Shown one piece after another: positions 1 through 8,863 of a stretch of DNA of 64,000 bases. A program made the position numbers and the translations under genes. Below the pieces are notes generated by a model. That model did no database searches, was not told where the DNA came from, and worked only from the letters and a program-made list of their open reading frames with translations. The stretch's first letter is position 1; the number at the start of each line of letters is the position of its first letter. The stretch lies in contig CAZIZK010000001.1 in NCBI GenBank assembly GCA_964544225.1, positions 271,477 through 335,476 on the forward strand, in the 5' to 3' direction. The DNA is from an uncultured Candidatus Saccharibacteria bacterium (GTDB taxonomy: Bacteria > Patescibacteriota > Minisyncoccia > Phycocordibacterales > UBA9973).

Positions 1-187
1 CTGAATATCCAGATTTTATAAAAAGTATTAATTACAAAACAAAGGTATATTTCTCAGATTCTACTGTTTTGCCAGAAGAATTATTAAAATTAGAAAAATA
101 CCAAGCTTGTATGATTAAAAATAACAACAAATTTGTTGTATCATTAGATTAATATGGGAAACTTAGGATAAATAATATAATAAATAT

Positions 188-1036
188 ATGGAATTTAAAA
201 ACAATTTTAGTCAAATCAAAAAAGCAGTAGAAAATAACAAAATGGAGACAGAAGATAATTCTCTTAAAAAAGATGATAATTGGCCACAATATGATTCACC
301 CCTATATGAATTTGGGGGAACTTTTGTTAAATCAATCCCTGCTGAGTACACAAACCACTTAGATAAAAAAATCTACGCAACCGTAGAAGAAACAGGAGAG
401 CCCTTTAAGCAATATATAGAGGCTACTCTTTCCAAAAGTAAAAATAAAGAGCTTTATGCCGTGGAGTTTGGAGGGTCTGGATCAAGATTGTTCCATGAAT
501 TTTCAAAGGGGTTTTTTGAAAGGACTGTTGGGGTATGTTTGGGAGATGAAAGATATACAGAAGAAAAGTTTAATGATGCAAAGAAAGGTCACGATGTAGT
601 AGAAGGTGATGTGCTTACTGTAAATGGGAATCCTATATATAAAGATATTGAAAACCGATTAGGTACTTCAAAAGTAGATTTAATTATTTCAAGAATGCAG
701 GGCCCTTTGTACTTTCTAGATAAAAATCCGGCAATCATGAATGCTTTGGTGAAGAAGTGGTACAGCATGCTAAACGAAAATGGTATTCTTTTTGCACAGT
801 TTGAATACATGAAAGAGCACAACCCAAATATGGAGCAAAAATATCAGTCAATAATTGAACCGGAAAATATTCGAGATTCTGAAATTCACGCCCAATACTG
901 GGTAGATGAAATAAAAAAGAGATACAATGGTTTAGTTGATGTTCAATTAGGAAGAGGGACTTTACGTCTACATAAAAATTTTGGTGCCCCTGAGGAAATA
1001 GAAAATATGCCAGACATGTTTGAGAAGAATAAATAA
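188..1036 (+). CDS. Hypothetical protein with a Rossmann-fold SAM-dependent methyltransferase-like core
   Basis: The 282-aa ORF carries motif I-like VEFGGSGS, motif II-like VDLIISR and motif III-like LNENGILF in the expected order and spacing. Its stop lies 1 nt before the start of the next gene, so the two are probably translationally coupled. Confidence 0.45.
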   Translation: MEFKNNFSQIKKAVENNKMETEDNSLKKDDNWPQYDSPLYEFGGTFVKSIPAEYTNHLDKKIYATVEETGEPFKQYIEATLSKSKNKELYAVEFGGSGSRLFHEFSKGFFERTVGVCLGDERYTEEKFNDAKKGHDVVEGDVLTVNGNPIYKDIENRLGTSKVDLIISRMQGPLYFLDKNPAIMNALVKKWYSMLNENGILFAQFEYMKEHNPNMEQKYQSIIEPENIRDSEIHAQYWVDEIKKRYNGLVDVQLGRGTLRLHKNFGAPEEIENMPDMFEKNK

Positions 1037-1037
1037 T

Positions 1038-2753
1038 ATGAACCCTGAAACACGAAACTGCCAGAATTGTAAAACTCCTTTCACTATAGATGGGGATGAT
1101 TTTTCTTTCTATGACAAGATAAAGGTTCCACCACCGACATTCTGCCCCGAGTGCAGGATGGTCAGGCGCCTAATGTGGCGCAATGCTCGTTCGCTCAACA
1201 GGCGCGAATGCGGTATGTGCAACAAGGTGTTAATCAGTATGTACAAGGACGACGGTGTTCCTGTGTACTGTGCAAATTGCTGGAATGGGGGAGGCTGGGA
1301 GCCTATGAGTTATGGGTTCGACTACGATTTTTCCCAGAACTTTTTTATACAACTAAAGGACCTATTCTATAAGGTACCCCGATTTTATTCATATCAATTT
1401 GGCAATTTGGTCAATTCTGAGTATGCGAATTTCTCAAAAGACAATAAGAACGTGTACCTATCCTTTTCAGTTACAGAATGCGAGGATGTAATGTATGTAG
1501 ATACAGTCGATAAATCAAAGAATTCTATCGATGATCTTGCCTGTCAGCGCCTCGATGGATGTTCATGGAATATAAACTGTGAAGGGAACTATAATACTCA
1601 TTATGCTGTTGAATCTCAGAACAATATTGATTCATATTTCATATACGATTGTACCAACTGTTCTAACTGCTACATGTCTTCAAACTTACGTAATCAACAA
1701 TATTATTTTAAGAATCAGAAGTTATCCAGAGAGGATTATTTAGAAGCAATAAAGAGTGTCACCCTTGATACATTTACTGGGATAGAAAATTCAAAGACTG
1801 AATTCAAAGACATGATACAGAATCAGGCAATACACAAATACGCTTTTATTTATTCTGCAGAGAGTGTAAATGGGGATTATATTCACCACGCAAAGAATTT
1901 GAAACATTGTTTTGATTGTAATCAAGCCGAGAACCTTGCTTATAGTGTTCGAGGAATAGAAATAAAAGATTCATACGATATTTCTGGAACAGGTTTTAGT
2001 GCGGAATTAATCTATGAAGCAATGGCGGCGACTGGCAATACGAACTCGTGCTACTTTGCTTATTTGAATTTGTTGGGTTGTCGATCATGTCAGTATTCAT
2101 TGATTTTGAAAAATTGTGCAGATTGTTTTGCTTGTGTTGGCTTAACCAATGCACAGTACTGTATATTTAATAAACAATATACAAAAGAGGAATATTTTGA
2201 AATGGTAGAGAAGATAAAACAACACATGGATGAAATGCCATATGTGGATGAAAAGGGTAGAGTGTTTAAGTATGGTGAATTTTTCCCTTATGACATGTCA
2301 CCATTTGCATACAATGAAGCACAAGTTTTCGAGCTCTTTCCTATTTCAAAAGAGCAAGTAATTGCGAGTGGGTTCAACTGGCGCGATAGGGATGCTCGTG
2401 ATTACAACACGACAATGAATGCAAATGAAATACCAGAAAGTATAAATGATATTAGTGACAATATTACAAGTGAAGTGATAGCTTGCCCTTCAAATGGTAA
2501 CCAAATGACTCAATGCACAACCGCATATAGGATCATGCCAGATGAATTTATCTTTTATAAAAACAAAGGGTTACCTATACCCCGATATTGTCCAAACTGT
2601 AGGCATTATGAACGCCTATGTTACCGCAACACCATGAGGCTTTACCATAGGGAGTGTACGAATGGTTGTGGTAACACTTTCGACACAACTTTCGATCCAG
2701 GAAGGCCCGAGAAGGTGTATTGCGAGAGGTGTTATCAGCAAGAAGTACTGTAG
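1038..2753 (+). CDS. Large cysteine-rich protein with homologous N- and C-terminal zinc-ribbon modules and internal Cys-containing repeats; function unknown
   Basis: The 572-aa ORF starts at the ATG at 1038, directly after the upstream stop. The N-terminal module (FSFYDKIKVPPPTFCPECRMVRRLMWRNARSLNRREC...VYCANCW) is duplicated at the C-terminus (FIFYKNKGLPIPRYCPNCRHYERLCYRNTMRLYHREC...VYCERCY). The middle contains repeated ~22-aa units with CxxC/CxNC motifs. A terminator follows. Confidence 0.55.
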   Translation: MNPETRNCQNCKTPFTIDGDDFSFYDKIKVPPPTFCPECRMVRRLMWRNARSLNRRECGMCNKVLISMYKDDGVPVYCANCWNGGGWEPMSYGFDYDFSQNFFIQLKDLFYKVPRFYSYQFGNLVNSEYANFSKDNKNVYLSFSVTECEDVMYVDTVDKSKNSIDDLACQRLDGCSWNINCEGNYNTHYAVESQNNIDSYFIYDCTNCSNCYMSSNLRNQQYYFKNQKLSREDYLEAIKSVTLDTFTGIENSKTEFKDMIQNQAIHKYAFIYSAESVNGDYIHHAKNLKHCFDCNQAENLAYSVRGIEIKDSYDISGTGFSAELIYEAMAATGNTNSCYFAYLNLLGCRSCQYSLILKNCADCFACVGLTNAQYCIFNKQYTKEEYFEMVEKIKQHMDEMPYVDEKGRVFKYGEFFPYDMSPFAYNEAQVFELFPISKEQVIASGFNWRDRDARDYNTTMNANEIPESINDISDNITSEVIACPSNGNQMTQCTTAYRIMPDEFIFYKNKGLPIPRYCPNCRHYERLCYRNTMRLYHRECTNGCGNTFDTTFDPGRPEKVYCERCYQQEVL

Positions 2754-2762
2754 TTTGTAGTT

Positions 2763-2810
2763 ATCCCCACCAAAAAATGTTAATTTTTTGGTGGGGATTT
2801 TTCTTTATTT
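2763..2810 (+). terminator. Rho-independent terminator
   Basis: Hairpin atccccaccaaaaaa/ttttttggtggggat followed by a T-rich tract, located after the stop at 2753. Confidence 0.6.
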
Positions 2811-2868
2811 TTGGTATTCGAAAATACGCGAGTAGGCAAGGTTTTTTTCAGGAAATTTTATAAAAATA

Positions 2869-2951
2869 TTGACGATTTTAGCGAGACTTTTCATAGTGTT
2901 GTGTTTATGGTTTGTACACTTGCTGGGGGTTCGTGCTCGGGGGTATAATGT
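2869..2951 (+). promoter_or_regulatory. Putative nrdA promoter region
   Basis: TTGACG at 2869-2874 with a 17-bp spacer to CATAGT. Downstream, gctcggggg/ctcccgag forms an imperfect inverted repeat with TATAAT in its loop at 2944-2949, 55-60 bp upstream of the nrdA ATG. Confidence 0.3.
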
Positions 2952-3006
2952 ACTCCCGAGAAAAAGATTTTCACCTATTTATTATTAGCTTTAGTCACAA
3001 ATTGTC

Positions 3007-5682
3007 ATGAGTATAACAATCGCAAAACGCAACGGTTCACGCGAGGCATTTAATGCCGACCGTATTAACAAATCTATCGAAAAGGCCTGCTTTGGCCTTA
3101 CAGATCCTGTATCAAAGGTGACTCAGATCGCCTCTGAGACTCGTCTTACACTGTATGACGGCATTACGACTGACGAGATGGATCAAGCTACCATCAATGC
3201 GGCCCTACAAAACGCTCAAGAGGATTTGGAATTCGACAAGATTGCGACACGATTGTTCCTAAAGACAATATACAAGCAGGTACTAGGTGACTTCGATACT
3301 AAAGAAGAGCTTGCAACAATGCATAAAGGACACTTCAAGCACTATATCCGCCTGGGGGTAGAGCTTGGCCTTTTGGACAAGCGCTTGGACTCACTCTTTG
3401 ACCTTGATGACCTAGGCCGTCACCTAAAGGTAGAACGCGATGAACTGTATAAATACTCTGGTGTGTCTACTATGCGTGACCGTTATCTTATAAAGGACAA
3501 GGAACAGAAGCCACTAGAAACTCCACAATACTTCTGGATGCGTGTGGCCATGGGTATGTCATTAAAGGAAAAGAACCCGACAGAATGGGCTATGAAGTTC
3601 TACGACAAGATGTCACGTCTCGAATACCTATCAGCTGGCTCTACCAATATCGGTGCGGGTACTACACGCCCATCACTTTCTAACTGTTACCTAATGCAGA
3701 TCGAAGACGATATGGCCCACATAGGTAAGACTGTGTCAGATGTATTGATGCTATCAAAGGCTACAGGGGGTATCGGTCTATCAGTTACAAAGCTTCGCGC
3801 AAATGGCTCAGTACTAAAGTCTAACAACACTGTGTCTTCAGGCCCAGTACCATTTATGCATATTATCGACTCTGCTGTGCGTGCTGTTCAGCGCGGTGGC
3901 AAGAAGAAGGGGGCACTATGCTTCTATATGGAGAACTGGCACTTAGACTTCCAAGACTTTATAGACCTGAAGCAGAACGCAGGTGACGACTATCGCCGTA
4001 CTCGTACAGCCAATACTGCTGTATACATATCTGACGAATTCATGATGCGTGTAAAGGAGGACAAGGATTGGTACCTATTCGACCCAAATGAAGTTCCAGA
4101 CTTGGTGGAGCTATACGGCCAAGCCTTTTCAAAGCGTTACAACGAATACTGCGATATGGCTGAAAAGGGTGAACTAAAGATGTGGAAGAAGCTACCAGCT
4201 CGCCAACAATACAAGAACATCCTCGTATCACTTCAGACAACATCACACCCATGGCTAACATGGAAGGACACTATCAATGTACGTGCACTGAACAACAATA
4301 CTGGTACTATCCACGCATCGAACCTATGTACTGAAGTGACACTTCCTCAGAACAAGGAAAATATTGCTGTATGTAACTTGGTATCTATTAACTTACCTCA
4401 ACACGTAGTAGGCAAGCAGATCGATTGGGCAAGGCTCGAGGATTCAGCACGTCTTGCTGTGCGCCAGCTCGATAACCTGATCGATGTGAACAAGTTGCCA
4501 ATAGCTGAAGCTATAAAGGCTGACACAGAGAACCGCGCAATAGGGTTGGGCCTCATGGGACTGTCAGATACATTTGAACGCATGGGTTACTCATACGAAG
4601 ATACAGAAGCTCATGACCTAACTGACAAAGTTTTCGAATTTATTTCATACATGGCAATAGACGAGAGTGCAAAGCTCGCATCTGAACGTGGGGCATACAA
4701 GAACTTCCAAGGTTCTGGCTGGTCAAAGGGTATGGTACCTATCGACACATTGAAAATGCTCGAGGAGGGCAGATCCGAGAAGTTGTCAGTAGTTACAGGT
4801 AGTGTAAAGATGATCCCCGAGCTTGATTGGGAGGAGCTTCGCAAGAAGGTTCGCAAAGGTGTTCGCAATGCCACAGTTATGGCTATCGCGCCAAATGCTA
4901 ACATTGGTTTGGTTGCTGGTACTTCCCCAGGTATAGACCCACGCTTTGCTCAGATGTTCTCTCGTAACAAGATCTCTGGTAAATACCTCGAAGTTAACCC
5001 AAACTTGGTTCACGATTTGAAAGCTCTTGGCTTATGGGAGAGTAACAGGGAAGAGCTGCTAATGAGTCACGGCAGTCTCGAGCATATGGACAATATTCCA
5101 GAAAATATAAAGAAGATTTACAAGACATCATTTATAACTTCACCATATGCATTTATCGAAGTTGCCGCTCGTGCACAGAAGTGGGTGGATCAGGCAATAT
5201 CTCGTAACATGTATCTAGACGTGCAGAATGTGAACCAGGTTATCGACATATATAGCAATGCTTGGGAGAAGGGCCTAAAGACCACATACTACCTACATGT
5301 AAAGCCAAAGCACACAGCTGAACAGTCAACCACAAAGGTAAACAAGGGGCAAGCGATGGGCAAGATCGGTTTCGCCGCTATATTCAACAAACAGCCAGCA
5401 GTTACTGCAACAGTTGCAACGCCAGAGCCTGAGGTAAAGAAAGTAGAGCAAGTTGTCCTACCCGACCAGAAGCCCGAAGTAGTGGTAGTAGATGAAGTTG
5501 TAGAAGAAGTTGTAATAAAAAAAGAAGAGCCACAAACAGTTGCACAGACTACAACATCGCCAGTTGCAAGCCCGGTCAGTGCACAGCCAGCAGAAGTTGC
5601 GAAGCGTAGAATGCAAGAAGAATTAGTTATCCACGGGCCAGTCGATCCAATGGATGCACTATTGTGTGAAGGGTGCCAATAA
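3007..5682 (+). CDS. nrdA: Ribonucleotide reductase class Ia large subunit (ATP-cone N-terminus; C-terminal low-complexity linker plus CxxC tail)
   Basis: N-terminal ATP-cone (KRNGSREAFNADRINKSI). Class I catalytic motifs SNCYLMQIEDD, SNLCTEV and CNLVSINL. C-terminal CEGCQ redox pair. The beta subunit gene is adjacent. Confidence 0.92.
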   Translation: MSITIAKRNGSREAFNADRINKSIEKACFGLTDPVSKVTQIASETRLTLYDGITTDEMDQATINAALQNAQEDLEFDKIATRLFLKTIYKQVLGDFDTKEELATMHKGHFKHYIRLGVELGLLDKRLDSLFDLDDLGRHLKVERDELYKYSGVSTMRDRYLIKDKEQKPLETPQYFWMRVAMGMSLKEKNPTEWAMKFYDKMSRLEYLSAGSTNIGAGTTRPSLSNCYLMQIEDDMAHIGKTVSDVLMLSKATGGIGLSVTKLRANGSVLKSNNTVSSGPVPFMHIIDSAVRAVQRGGKKKGALCFYMENWHLDFQDFIDLKQNAGDDYRRTRTANTAVYISDEFMMRVKEDKDWYLFDPNEVPDLVELYGQAFSKRYNEYCDMAEKGELKMWKKLPARQQYKNILVSLQTTSHPWLTWKDTINVRALNNNTGTIHASNLCTEVTLPQNKENIAVCNLVSINLPQHVVGKQIDWARLEDSARLAVRQLDNLIDVNKLPIAEAIKADTENRAIGLGLMGLSDTFERMGYSYEDTEAHDLTDKVFEFISYMAIDESAKLASERGAYKNFQGSGWSKGMVPIDTLKMLEEGRSEKLSVVTGSVKMIPELDWEELRKKVRKGVRNATVMAIAPNANIGLVAGTSPGIDPRFAQMFSRNKISGKYLEVNPNLVHDLKALGLWESNREELLMSHGSLEHMDNIPENIKKIYKTSFITSPYAFIEVAARAQKWVDQAISRNMYLDVQNVNQVIDIYSNAWEKGLKTTYYLHVKPKHTAEQSTTKVNKGQAMGKIGFAAIFNKQPAVTATVATPEPEVKKVEQVVLPDQKPEVVVVDEVVEEVVIKKEEPQTVAQTTTSPVASPVSAQPAEVAKRRMQEELVIHGPVDPMDALLCEGCQ

Positions 5683-5720
5683 AAATTACGAATTATTAAT
5701 TTAAAATTACGAATTACAAT

Positions 5721-6722
5721 ATGTTAGTAGGAAAACCAGAACCAAAAGATACATCACTTCACCCAATGAAGTACAAGTGGGCTTATGAATTGTATAACCA
5801 AGCAGTGCGTAATACTTGGTTCCCACACGAGATCCCACTAGGTGAGGATATCAAGGATTGGAACGACATGACAGAGGACGAACGTCATGCTGTGAAGTTC
5901 CTTATGGCATTCTTCAACCCAGCCGAATTGATAGTGAACAGGTCACTTGCATTAGGTGTGTATCCATACCTAAAGTCTCCCGAGTGTCACCTATATATTG
6001 CAAAGCAGATGTGGGAAGAGGCGAACCACTGTGTAGCTTTTGAATACGTGCTCGAGACTTTCCCTATGGATCGTGAAGAGGTTTATAAAGTGCATACATC
6101 CACAGCCTCTATGGTTGCAAAGGAAGACTATATAAACAAATACCTAAAGCGTATGACCGAGGTAACTTTAAATGTGGAAACAGCCGAAGGTAAGAAGGAT
6201 TTCATCCGTAACCTAGTTGCTACCAATATAGTTATGGAGGGTATCTGGTTCTACTCTGGCTTTATGGTTATATTCTCATTCCGTCAACGTAACAAATTGC
6301 GCAACTTCGGTTCTATGCTCAACTGGGTTTTGCGTGACGAGTCACTACACTTGAAGTTCGGTATGAATCTAATACTCAATATCTTGGAAGAGAATCCAGA
6401 ATTATTAACTTCCGAGTTTGCCGAGGAAATCCGCCAGATCATTATCGAGGGTGTGGAGTTGGAGACTGCTTACAATAAAGATCTATTCCCAAATGGAATA
6501 CTTGGCCTGAATTCTGATTACGTGAACCAATACGTTCAGTACGTAGCAGACCGTCGTTTGGAAGAGATGGGTATGCCTGTACAATACAATGTATCTAACC
6601 CTGCAAAATGGATGGCTACATCTACTGATGTGTACGAATTGGTGAACTTCTTTGAGGCCCAGAACACAGCTTACGAGGTAGATGCCCACGGCCACTCTGA
6701 GGATAAAAAAGAGGATAAATAA
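5721..6722 (+). CDS. nrdB: Ribonucleotide reductase class I small subunit (ferritin-like di-iron protein)
   Basis: KYKWAYELYNQAVRNTWFPHEIPL, EEANHCVAFEY and SLHLKFG are typical R2 iron ligand and Tyr-radical region motifs. It lies immediately downstream of nrdA. Confidence 0.92.
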   Translation: MLVGKPEPKDTSLHPMKYKWAYELYNQAVRNTWFPHEIPLGEDIKDWNDMTEDERHAVKFLMAFFNPAELIVNRSLALGVYPYLKSPECHLYIAKQMWEEANHCVAFEYVLETFPMDREEVYKVHTSTASMVAKEDYINKYLKRMTEVTLNVETAEGKKDFIRNLVATNIVMEGIWFYSGFMVIFSFRQRNKLRNFGSMLNWVLRDESLHLKFGMNLILNILEENPELLTSEFAEEIRQIIIEGVELETAYNKDLFPNGILGLNSDYVNQYVQYVADRRLEEMGMPVQYNVSNPAKWMATSTDVYELVNFFEAQNTAYEVDAHGHSEDKKEDK

Positions 6723-6739
6723 TATTAAATATCGTTACT

Positions 6740-6783
6740 ACACATAAATAAAACACCATGTATATGGTGTTTTATTTATGTGT
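6740..6783. terminator. 20-bp perfect inverted repeat, likely a bidirectional terminator
   Basis: acacataaataaaacaccat-gtat-atggtgttttatttatgtgt is a perfect 20-bp stem with a 4-nt loop and U-rich flanks. Confidence 0.6.
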
Positions 6784-6795
6784 TATAATGGGTAT

Positions 6796-7188
6796 ATGAA
6801 AAATAAAGCTACAAAATTTGTATTATTTATATTAATCCTTATTGCTTTGGTTATAGGTATGGGCATGTTGGCAAATAAGTCTGCTGGCCCTGGTAAATAT
6901 GATCAATTCGCTCAGTGTCTACGTGACTCAGGCACTAAATTCTTTGGCGCATTCTGGTGTCCACACTGCCAAGCTCAGAAGAAGGCTTTTGGCTCATCCG
7001 CAAAATTCCTAAACTATATTGAATGCTCTAACCCAGACAAGAGCCAGATTCAGGTGTGTATCGACAACAAGATCGAAGGATATCCGACTTGGGTATTCCC
7101 GGACCAATCACGCCTAACAGGGGAGGTGACTTTCGAAACTCTAGCCGAGAAGTCCCAATGTGTTTTACCAAAAGAAGAATCTAAATAA
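6796..7188 (+). CDS. Membrane-anchored thioredoxin-fold thiol-disulfide oxidoreductase (DsbA/BdbD-like)
   Basis: N-terminal transmembrane helix. WCPHCQ active-site motif in a thioredoxin-like domain. The neighbouring gene is DsbB-like. The start is taken at the internal Met (MKNK). Confidence 0.65.
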   Translation: MKNKATKFVLFILILIALVIGMGMLANKSAGPGKYDQFAQCLRDSGTKFFGAFWCPHCQAQKKAFGSSAKFLNYIECSNPDKSQIQVCIDNKIEGYPTWVFPDQSRLTGEVTFETLAEKSQCVLPKEESK

Positions 7189-7189
7189 T

Positions 7190-7747
7190 ATGCCAGCATA
7201 CGTAACAACATTTAACCAAACATTGGCTATAGGGACCATACTAATGCATGTATTCCTTGGACTACTATTGTTCTCATTTGCTTGGAACCCACGCCGTTCA
7301 AATAAATTCCTGATACTTATTGATAAGTATGCTATCGAAGCCTGCTTCTCGATTGCCTTTATCGCTATGATATCGAGCTTGTTCTACTCTGAAATAATAG
7401 GTTTCCCTCCGTGTGAATTGTGCTGGTTGCAACGAGTGCTTATCTACCCACAGGTAATATTGTTTGGTATTATGATGTGGCGCAGACGTATCGACAAGGA
7501 CCGTATCATGAAGGCAAGTGTGGTCTTGGCAGGGTTTGGAACACTCGTTTCTTTGTATCATATATATATTGAACACGGTGGATCATCACCACTACCATGT
7601 GTTATTCCGAACGAAACTACAGTGTCTTGCGCGACACGATATGTATATGAATTTGGTTATGTGAGCATGCCGGTGATGGCACTGACAACATCTCTTACCA
7701 TCCTGGTATTACTTGTGATACACAGGAGCATATCTCGCAGTCGTTAA
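7190..7747 (+). CDS. Disulfide bond formation protein B (DsbB/BdbC family)
   Basis: A multi-pass membrane protein carrying the PCELCWLQR motif characteristic of DsbB/BdbC and a second Cys pair (LPCV). The start is chosen at MPAYV so it does not overlap the upstream gene. Confidence 0.7.
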   Translation: MPAYVTTFNQTLAIGTILMHVFLGLLLFSFAWNPRRSNKFLILIDKYAIEACFSIAFIAMISSLFYSEIIGFPPCELCWLQRVLIYPQVILFGIMMWRRRIDKDRIMKASVVLAGFGTLVSLYHIYIEHGGSSPLPCVIPNETTVSCATRYVYEFGYVSMPVMALTTSLTILVLLVIHRSISRSR

Positions 7748-7765
7748 TAGTTAATTTATATATTT

Positions 7766-8170
7766 ATGATAATAGATAAAGTTTCACCCGACAAGGCTGT
7801 CTTCGTATACACAACATGTGGTTCGAAAGACGAGGCCCGTTCTATAGGCCTTGCTTGTATCAACGAGCATCTGGCTGTTTGTGCCGACTTTTGGCCTATT
7901 GAATCTGTGTACCCATGGCAGGGCGTTATAGAAAATGTGGAACAGTATATGCTCGTACTCACTACTCAAGCCTCTTTAGCGGAAAAATTGGCTCCTTTTA
8001 TATTGTCATTACACTCTTACACCACACCTATGATATCGACTGTTGATATTTCTAAAATGAATTCGGACTATAGGTTCTGGGCGCAGAAAATTTTGAATGA
8101 AAAAGGCCCATACCCCGATTTTATACCACCTGCCATAGACCCAGACTATGAACCAGGAAGACTAAAATAG
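7766..8170 (+). CDS. cutA: Divalent-cation tolerance protein CutA (with a C-terminal extension)
   Basis: VFVYTTCGSKDEARSIGLACINEHLAVCADFWPIESVYPWQG....YMLVLTT matches the CutA1 fold signature. Confidence 0.75.
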   Translation: MIIDKVSPDKAVFVYTTCGSKDEARSIGLACINEHLAVCADFWPIESVYPWQGVIENVEQYMLVLTTQASLAEKLAPFILSLHSYTTPMISTVDISKMNSDYRFWAQKILNEKGPYPDFIPPAIDPDYEPGRLK

Positions 8171-8209
8171 CCTTAGACCTAAAAGCTTATTTCTGTTATA
8201 CTGGCCTAT

Positions 8210-8860
8210 ATGAGAAATATTCAAGATTTATATATAGAGTGTCAGGTAATGCCAAATATAGCTGTCCATATGTATAAAGTGGCCGCAGTGGCAGATATTA
8301 TCAATGACCACTTCAAACCCCTAATAGACAAGAAGACTATTATAGATGCATGCTTGCTACATGATATAGGCAAGATTGTAGATATAGATTTGAATAAATT
8401 TCCCGAGTTTGTGGAGCCAGAGGGGCTCGCACATTGGGAAAATGTAAAGAAATCTTTTATCGACAAGTATCATACAGTCAACGAGCACGATGCCACACTG
8501 GCTATAGCTACAGATTTGGGGGTGAATTTTGGAGTTCTTGAGATACTACATATTGCGTCATATCTTGAAACAATGACAGTAAAGGAGTCTAAGGAGCATG
8601 AGAAGATGATCGCACTATATGCCGACATGCGTGTGGGTGTGAATGGGGTTACAACATTGCAAGAAAGGCTCGATGATCTACATATAAGATACAAAACCCA
8701 CCCATCATCAATATCAGAAGAGAGGCGCGCCGTGATAGAGAATGCCTTGAAAGAAATAGAAGAAGAAATATTCAAGAACACCGACATCACTCCCGACTTC
8801 ATAACAGACGCACTCGTTACAGAACGTATACCAAAATTAAAAGAAATAAAAATAGGATAA
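8210..8860 (+). CDS. HD-domain phosphohydrolase
   Basis: LLHDIGK motif and downstream His/Asp residues typical of the HD superfamily. Confidence 0.65.
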   Translation: MRNIQDLYIECQVMPNIAVHMYKVAAVADIINDHFKPLIDKKTIIDACLLHDIGKIVDIDLNKFPEFVEPEGLAHWENVKKSFIDKYHTVNEHDATLAIATDLGVNFGVLEILHIASYLETMTVKESKEHEKMIALYADMRVGVNGVTTLQERLDDLHIRYKTHPSSISEERRAVIENALKEIEEEIFKNTDITPDFITDALVTERIPKLKEIKIG

Positions 8861-8863
8861 TAT

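Noticed and set aside
1151-1372. 73-aa ORF in an alternative frame inside the Cys-rich gene
   Set aside because: It is fully nested in a longer ORF with a much better coding signature.
2885-2930. Possible NrdR boxes upstream of nrdA
   Set aside because: The candidate segments (atagtgttgtgtttat / tttgtacacttgc) are not palindromic and do not fit the acaCwAtATaTwGtgt consensus. No nrdR gene is seen in the window.
4040-5013. Several 60-100-aa antisense ORFs inside nrdA
   Set aside because: They are shadow ORFs opposite a highly conserved gene. The same applies to the antisense ORFs inside ileS, ftsK, glyA, recA and the adaptor/permease genes.
5683-5720. Tandem 'aaattacgaatta' x2 between nrdA and nrdB (possible repeat or CRISPR-like element)
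   Set aside because: There are only two short copies in an A/T-rich RBS region. No array structure is present, and no cas genes are anywhere in the window.
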